In this document: positions 56,363-64,000 of the stretch, one piece after another
Layout: every line of letters starts with the position of its first letter
How positions within the stretch are numbered: the first letter of the stretch is position 1
Source: Eledone cirrhosa
Taxonomy: Eukaryota
Assembly: GCA_964016885.1 (NCBI GenBank)
Contig: OZ024745.1
Coordinates: forward strand, 76,508,001 to 76,572,000
Direction of reading: 5' to 3'
Length of the DNA: 64,000 bases
Position numbers and translations under genes: made by a program
Notes under the pieces: generated by a model
The model's input: only the letters and a program-made list of their open reading frames with translations
What the model was told of the DNA's origin: nothing
Database searches by the model: none

Positions 56363-56783
56363 CGGATACACACACACACACACATTCATATATATATATA
56401 TAATATATATAGTTCACGCTTTAAAAGATTTAAAAGTCATAGAGACACAGTTTAAGATTTACGCCCGTGGCAAAGTTAGATTGTGCAGTTACCTGCGGAT
56501 ACACATGTGTGCATATAAATAATCACGCATCTATTAGTTACAAATGCATACACGGGTATATATATATATATATTAAGGAATTAGATCGATTTAATGGCAG
56601 AGGCACAAAAACCAATGCAATTTTCCGATCAAGCTTTTTATGAACTTGGAGGAGAAACTTGCTACGGAGCTATGATCCTATGATGCATATTATTTCGTCC
56701 ACAGGAAAGCGTCCCCCATATAAAACAAGCAGCTGGAGAAATATAACAATCAAAGAAATATAAGAATTCCAACTGTTAAATTA

Positions 56784-56814
<31 letters not shown>

Positions 56815-57149
56815 TAGATAGATAGATATATAGAGAGATAGAGAGACAGAGAGACAGACAGACAGTGAGAGAGACACAAATATATGTTGCTGAAATTAAC
56901 AGAACTGAGTGCTCATGAAATTAATGTGCAAATGGTTGAACCTCCACGACCACTTTGCAGTGGAATGATAGGGATCCCAGTCCCTATCATCTCATTTCTA
57001 CAGCTGAGTAAACTGGAGCAATGTGAAATAAAGTGTCTTGCTCAAGGAAATAACACATCACCCGGTCTGAGAATTGAACTCACAACCTTCCGATTGCAAG
57101 GCCAATGCTCTAACCACTGGTTGTGTATATATATACACAATTCCCTCCA

Positions 57150-58830
57150 ACATAATTTTCAATATCAACTTCAGCACAAAATCTGCTCGTTTTCTGATTG
57201 GTAAATTTTCATTACAAACCATTAGTATGGGAACTCGGAACATAGAAGTGCTTAGAATAGCTTTGCTGACATAGTTGACAAGAGCACGTGCTTCAACCAT
57301 AGGCTTAAGTTTAGTCGAACAATTAAAACAGTAGAACAATACTGGAGGGATTTGCGTGAATGTGTTGTTGCAAATTAGTAAAACGTAACCTAGATTATTA
57401 AAGAGACGATGAATCTCTAAGATCCTGTTAGAATCGATTTCCTTCCAACATTATAGCAACCAAAGATTCTGGTCTCCTTTATAGTTCAATGTTTGATGAG
57501 ATTATTAAGCTTATGCTCTGTAGATTAAGAGAATCAATTTCGGATGATTTCAGAAAATGTTACTTCCGTATATGTATGGATTGTATACCTATGTAGATCG
57601 ACTTTTATAGTATACTATGTATCATCTGGTGCTAGTTTAATTGATGGTAGTATGGAAAATCTAGTGGTGAACTAACTAAGTAAAGTTTGGTAAATAGAAT
57701 GGAATGCTTCAATCAAAAGAGGGATAAACATACATTGTATATATATTCTATGTATCGGACATTAATTAAATGTTGGCCTTGCTGTTGTAGTGGATTGTTG
57801 TTTAGATACACTACTTTACTGTTGTTTAAGATATATATATATATGACTACTTTTGATCTTCTACAAAGAGGTTTGTTGTGATATAATCATTCTTTTATGC
57901 AGATTCCAGAGTACCAAGGTATTAATCTGATACTAGATGGGAAGCATGTATCAAAACTGTGTCTACCATAAATTATAGTTATAACTGAATTATATATTCT
58001 TTAACTTATTAGCATGCTAAAGAAAATGACGCAAGAATACAAGCTGGTACTCATTGGATAGGGACTGAAGTTTGTTTTAGAGTAACACATAGACACGTAA
58101 CACATGTACAAATATGTAGTTCACCTTCTATCTTTATAAAATGTTTTTGAGAAAACAACCGAGATGATATTTAGCATAGCTAAAAAACACTAGATGATAT
58201 TTAACAAGGAGTGCAAGAAAAAAACAAGCCAATGATGGATCTGTATCTTATGCTAATGAAACGTTGATTTAGAAACTCTAGAGGCAAAGCTACGTGAGGA
58301 TATAGAAATTGTGCTTAAGGAGTTTCCAAATGATGTTGATATTAACCTTACATGGAAACTCAGATTCTTCCGTGCTTATCTGAAGGTTTATCCAAGAAAA
58401 GTACATACTTTTCATAAAGGTCTGTATGAAATACATCTTTCAAGACAATATATTAATTTAGTTTTCTAGAATGTGGAAGCAATACGGCTATTCTTGTCTG
58501 ATAAATTGTATAGGCGAAAGGTCATTTTCACAGCTAATGAGAATTAAAATTGAACTGAGAGAAAACATTTCTCAAGAAAAATATTTTCAAATTAATATAA
58601 CGTACATAAAAATCGATAAGCTGTGGTTTAACATACTATTTGAGGACACAATTCATGGGTTTCTTTTGCAGAATTCATGAACCAAAACATTTATTTATGT
58701 TTTAATGTGATATTGAATAATTAGATAAAAGCATACATATTTTCAATTTTTATGAGAACTTATATTGTAATTTTTAAACAAAGATAGCTTAGTTATATGT
58801 AGATTAGGGCCTGGCCAGGTTTAAATCATG
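57150..58830 (+). pseudogene. Highly decayed hAT (ZMYM1-like) transposase
   Basis: GERSFSQLMRIKIELRENISQEK (hAT dimerisation motif) at ~58513-58580. Upstream fragments FSDW and EQYWRDLRECVV. Boundaries are approximate. Confidence 0.7.
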
Positions 58831-60526
58831 CACTGGTACTCCTTCACAAGTTTGTACTCGAATAAATTAGACATCTATAAAAGACTCAGTATACAGACAA
58901 GAGTGCTATATTTCATCTTTATACTATACCATAATAGCTTTCTACAGTGCTATACTACACCTCACAGCAGGGAACTGAATTTATACATCACGTTATTTTA
59001 ATACTCTAGATTATTGAAATACTATTCCTTTTGAAGTGTTTCCTGTGTGACATTTTCAATGTTTCTTTAATATTCTTGCATAAAAAACACATGTCTTTAC
59101 CTATGAGAACTAAATACAGTGAAAGTGAGGTCTAATGAAGAACTGCCAGATGTTAAAAGCACGGTAGTACCACATAAACACGCCAATCTATTATAATCGT
59201 GCCGACAAGACGCGGGTGACCCGATGTCATAACAGAAATCAACTGCTAATAAACCACGCAATTCTGAGCGAACTACTTAAACAATCAAGCTTATTATTCA
59301 ATATACTCGTTGTTTCTATTCACCTTTATGAAATGAACCGAGTCTCAGAATCCTCTGGGAAATGTTACCTGCATACACTGATATCATGAAAACTTAATAC
59401 AACCTTTATATCTATGTGGCTTATGAAGACATTATAATTTATCACATGTATAAAGAGTTAATTGAAAAGCTAAGATCGGTAGAAAGGAAGAGAAACAGAA
59501 AGAGATGTAAATAAAGAGAGGAGAGAGAGAGAGAGAGATAGCAAGAAAAAAGTGAGAGAGTGTATGAGGGAGTGGGTGCGTGAAACAAGCCGAGAGAGAG
59601 AGAACAGAGGAAAGAGGGAAAAAGAAAGAAAGAGAGATAGACAGGTAGAGAAAGAGAGAAAGAAAGAGGAGGTAGAGCATTAGTTAACGAATGAAATTCT
59701 TGTCATGTCATCCACTATTTTTTTTATCGTTTTATTTTTGTTTCATTATTTCAATCCGGGTCTTCTATTTCCTTCTTTTATTTGCGCATTTGATGTTCTG
59801 TTTTCTTGCTATCGATGTTTCATTTAATACCTTCTTTTACTGTTTCTTTCCTTTTCCTTTCCTTTCAAATTTCACTTCTCCTTTCGAAAGTCAAAACTAG
59901 TAATACTCACTGAATAAATAAACTCTGGCATTGCCATACATCCAGAGCGGTACACTATACTCCTAGCTGTAAGTAGATACCAGATATGTATTGTTTATCA
60001 CTTTAAATGACGGCCAGACAATGTATAACTGATGGGTGTTTGATTATCTTACAAACATGGGTTCAGGTTCTCGTGAGAGTATCTATCAGAGACGAATAGA
60101 TACCACCCTGTTGGCATAATAGAGTCCAGTAGTCAGAGTCTATAAGAGACTGGTTTAGCCGCTTTCAATTTTGAAAGGAGCTTCTATCAATCAGAAAGTA
60201 GTCTCGTTCTTTGCGAAATGTTTTCTCAGAGGTTGCATCTGTTCTTTTTAAATTTATTGTGTATTTTTAAACGTTTATATGCTTCTTCAAAACTCGCCGA
60301 GCCAATAGCATCACAATTTTTGTTTTCAATATATATTAAAAATGAGAAAACTCATCGCTAGAACAGCCGTTTAATACATTAAACAAAATAAAAAAAGTTT
60401 AGATGGAATTCATATAAAATATGCATATAATAAAATTTTATCAAAAGATACCCCAACATTTTTCGCAGAACCCATTTTGGAAAAAATCTGGTATAGACTA
60501 ATGATATACACAAATAGTAGAGGGTA

Positions 60527-60822
60527 AAGACCCCTTCGGTCACGAATGACCATGGGATTTTCACCTAGAAAGTTTCAGTCCGGCCAAGGTTGTTTCTGGA
60601 AGACCAGAAGTTACCCATGCATATCAGCCTCCCCTCTCCTCGCCACCGATTTTGTCCAAGAGGAGAGCAAGGGACTGATACGGATGGCATCAGTGACGTT
60701 GCAACTAATTTCCTACAGCTGAGTAACTGGAGCAACGTGAAATAAAGTGTCGTGCTCAAGAACACAACTCAAAGCCCGGTCTGAGAATTGATCTCACAAC
60801 CTCAAGATTGAAGCCATGCGCC

Positions 60823-60825
<3 letters not shown>
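60527..60825 (-). mobile_element. SINE family B
   Basis: GAGCAACGTGAAATAAAGTGTCGTGCTCAAG core. Head lies next to (CA)n 60826-60910. Confidence 0.8.
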
Positions 60826-60914
<89 letters not shown>

Positions 60915-61959
60915 TGTGTGTGTGTTTACATCTGCGTGTTGGGTAAACATCAATATTGGTCTAACTGTAAAATAAGGATAATTTTTTATTTATCATTCTG
61001 CCCGTTCTTTTTCACACTTGCCTAATTATCATCATAGATGCTTTATTAAATGTATATTTAGAGTACTAGAAACAAATAGGATTTATTGACTCTAGTCCGG
61101 ATGCTTATAACTATATGGAAAAAAGTTGGGGTTGAAAATTTGTACCTTTCATATTTTAAGCTAGTAATATTTCAGCACAAAAGCTGTATTTCCCAAAGAG
61201 TATCGAAATCGGGTAGCTAAATGTACTTCTCATAGTACTCAATATAATTAGTATGTGTTAAGTAGCTTTTATGTGGTCACTCGACGTATTAGAAATAATA
61301 ACGAAATATCTCGAATCACACACAATCGTTTTTGGAAAAAGAACATATTGATGAATATAGCAAAGGATGCACAGTGCTTAGGGGAATATATATGGCTGTG
61401 AAAGTTAGAATCCATTTGGTTATATGTCTGCTCAATTAGAGTTGATTTTGAGTTACACAACACAAAAAAATAACAAGAAATAGAAATTTAATACCTTAAC
61501 GTTGGATGCCACTGCTTTTCGAGTGTTGCACCAATATCGGTAGAAACTTGTTTTTGCTTAGCATGACCTTGGTCATGATGACTAAAATGAATGAAAGAAA
61601 TAAACTTAAAGAAGAAGGGCAGAGCTTATGACCTTTGCAGGTTCTTTCAAATTGAAGTTATTGATGCCAATTTCTTGAATCCCTCGGCGATAAAGATCTA
61701 AGCTGACATTTGAAGGAACAAAAGTCAGAAAAATTCAATCTGCCAACAAATTACTATATCATTTCTGGAGAATTCAATTTCACAACAAATTAGAATAATA
61801 TTTCATGGAATGTAATTACTGCTGTGCCGTAAAAATATACCGTAAATATATGAAACCAAAGAATGAAGGAAACTAGGAAAGGCTCTAGCAAAAGATTAAA
61901 GCAACAAAGCACCAAAATAAAGACATTGTGCAAATAAGACTTCCGTATTAAGGCATAAA

Positions 61960-62122
61960 GGCACATGGCGTAATGATTAGAGCGTCGGGCTTACAATCGT
62001 GAGATTGTGAGTTCGATTCTCGGACCAGGCTTTGCATTGTCTCCTTGAGCACGACACGTTATTTCACGTTGCTCCAGTTTACTCAGCTGTAGAAATGAGT
62101 TGCGATGTCACTGGTGTCAAGC
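61960..62122 (+). mobile_element. SINE family B
   Basis: TGGCGTAATGA / GAGTTCGATTC boxes and CCTTGAGCACGACAC core. Confidence 0.82.
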
Positions 62123-62357
62123 CTTTATATATATATATGCATATAATGTCTTCGTAGATAGAAAAAGAAGAAATCAGCCAGACTTGTTTCAATCCTGTTT
62201 TGGAATTTCATCAATAGCTGATTCAAAACCAAGTATTAGAGCAATTTGCACAGAAAAAAGCATTATTGGTAGCTAGCTTAATTAATAAATTAGTGATGAT
62301 GTGTTAAATGGGCTTTGCTTCAATGCTAAATTGTACTACAAAATATATCTTTTTTTT

Positions 62358-62617
62358 TAGTTATGTAATAAACAACATAAGATCCATGGTGTATGTTGGT
62401 TAATTTCCCGAAACTGTAGAGTGCTCAACTTATCGGGCTGGAAGGTACCAATCATATATGTAATATAGAATATGCTTCGATCATAGAGCACTCTACAGTT
62501 TCAGGAAATTAATCAACATACACCATGGATCTTATGTTGTTTATTACATAACTAATAAGCTCTGTAGCCTACATAGAGCACTCTTTTTTCCTGTACCTTT
62601 CCGACGGAAATACTTCA
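62358..62617 (+). mobile_element. Mini fold-back PLE remnant with tail, outside a TA array
   Basis: IR ~62358-62425 / 62485-62554. The tail is nearly identical to 34283-34346. Confidence 0.8.
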
Positions 62618-62944
62618 TTTACAAAATATATCTATAGATTTATATTCAACAACGTATCAATAGACAGCTATCCACATTTTGTCATTATATAAAACACTTT
62701 CTTTAAAATGTTACAACCATGCTGACAATATTCAATGCTGATTATATTTTCTTTAGTAACAATAAAGGTTTACCAGAGTAGTCATATATAGACTGTAACT
62801 ATCTTTTAAAAAATCCATTTCAAATTAATTAGCTTTTTTGAGAAAATCATCAATATGTTGAATATTATATTATTTTAAAAAATCAAAGATAATTACATTG
62901 AACATTTATTAATTCTCAACTAATTCTGTATTACTAATATAGTA

Positions 62945-63044
62945 ATTATTGTTTCTACTTTAGGCACAAGGCCAGCAATTACCCAGTGCATTACTGGTAC
63001 TTTATTTTATCGACCCGTAAGGATGAAAGGCAAAGTTAACCTCG
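62945..63044 (-). mobile_element. SINE family A, 5'-truncated
   Basis: Sequence match to the family consensus. Confidence 0.88.
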
Positions 63045-63223
63045 AATTATTGTTGGGCCGTCAACTATGTACCGTTATGTAAATGAGAGGCGTCTAGTGG
63101 TATGTTCAAATTTTAATGAATAGCCTTCGTTGATTCACGACAAAAGAAAGCGGATGTAAAGAGTTGCAAAGTAGCAACGAAACTCATTATTTCAATCACC
63201 ATCTTATGTTACCAAAATTGTAG

Positions 63224-63281
<58 letters not shown>

Positions 63282-64000
63282 GATGAAAAATGGCATGCTG
63301 TGTTGTTGCAAGTGTGATATATAAATAAAATGAAGAATTAAAAATAGAAGCAAGGACTATCCATCATCAGTGGTCTACTAGCCATCATAGGTATTTCTTC
63401 GCATTAAAGACCAGATATCTCAGGCTAGCGCGATACAATAACTAAAATAAGTTATTGGGATAAAAAGAATTGGGTGGAGAAAGAGAGAAAGGTAAACAAA
63501 CACGAATGGTGAGGCAACGTAAAAAAAAAGAGAGGAAAAAATGAGAAAATCAAGTCAATGATTCATTTGAACATAAGAACTTGTGAATATTGATGAGAAG
63601 ACCAAGACACATCTTGACCGTGCGATAGTGAGCGAGGAAAGAATTTCGTACGGTGTGGGACGATGGAGGAAGTGAGAGAGAGGGTGAGTAGCAGAGAGTG
63701 ACTGATTGAAAGTGTGAGATTTATCTATGAAGTAAAGAAAAAACAGGTAGCTACTATACGTTATGTCTTTGTCGATACACAATACAAAGAATTTATTTTG
63801 TTTTTAATATCGATACAAATCCAATGTTTAGAACACTCCAACATTTATTTCTTGCTCAGGAGTATACGATGATAACTTCACATACGACATAAATACATAC
63901 ATACAAACACACACACACATGCGCGCGCACGTACACCCGCACACACCCGCATATATATGCATAAACACACACACATATATATATGTATATGTATTAATTT

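Overview
Eukaryotic, very AT-rich, gene-poor DNA. The SINE types and microsatellite load resemble a coleoid cephalopod (Octopus-like) genome; this is an inference. No host protein-coding gene can be supported, and almost all listed ORFs are translations of microsatellites. The first ~45 kb is a series of long (TA)n arrays containing Penelope-like retroelement (PLE, Naiad-like GIY-YIG/RT) insertions and their non-coding derivatives. By eye I count about 30 type I hammerhead ribozyme (HHR) motifs from about 15 sequence families. There are many fold-back (palindromic) elements, a tandem ~332-nt retrozyme-like array, and a ~593-nt non-coding unit with a U3-A8 variant HHR core. Otherwise dissimilar families share one architecture: inverted arm / direct arm / 'tail'. 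The tail opens with a covarying (A/G)CTC...GAG(T/C) stem, and the tail-less arm stops 3-8 nt before that stem in the ten fold-back cases measured. The rest of the window holds tRNA-derived SINEs (one young family with TSDs), RTE-derived non-autonomous elements, a Helitron deletion derivative, and decayed RTE, CRE-like, R4/Dong-like LINEs and a hAT transposase. Coordinates were counted by hand and may be off by a few bases.
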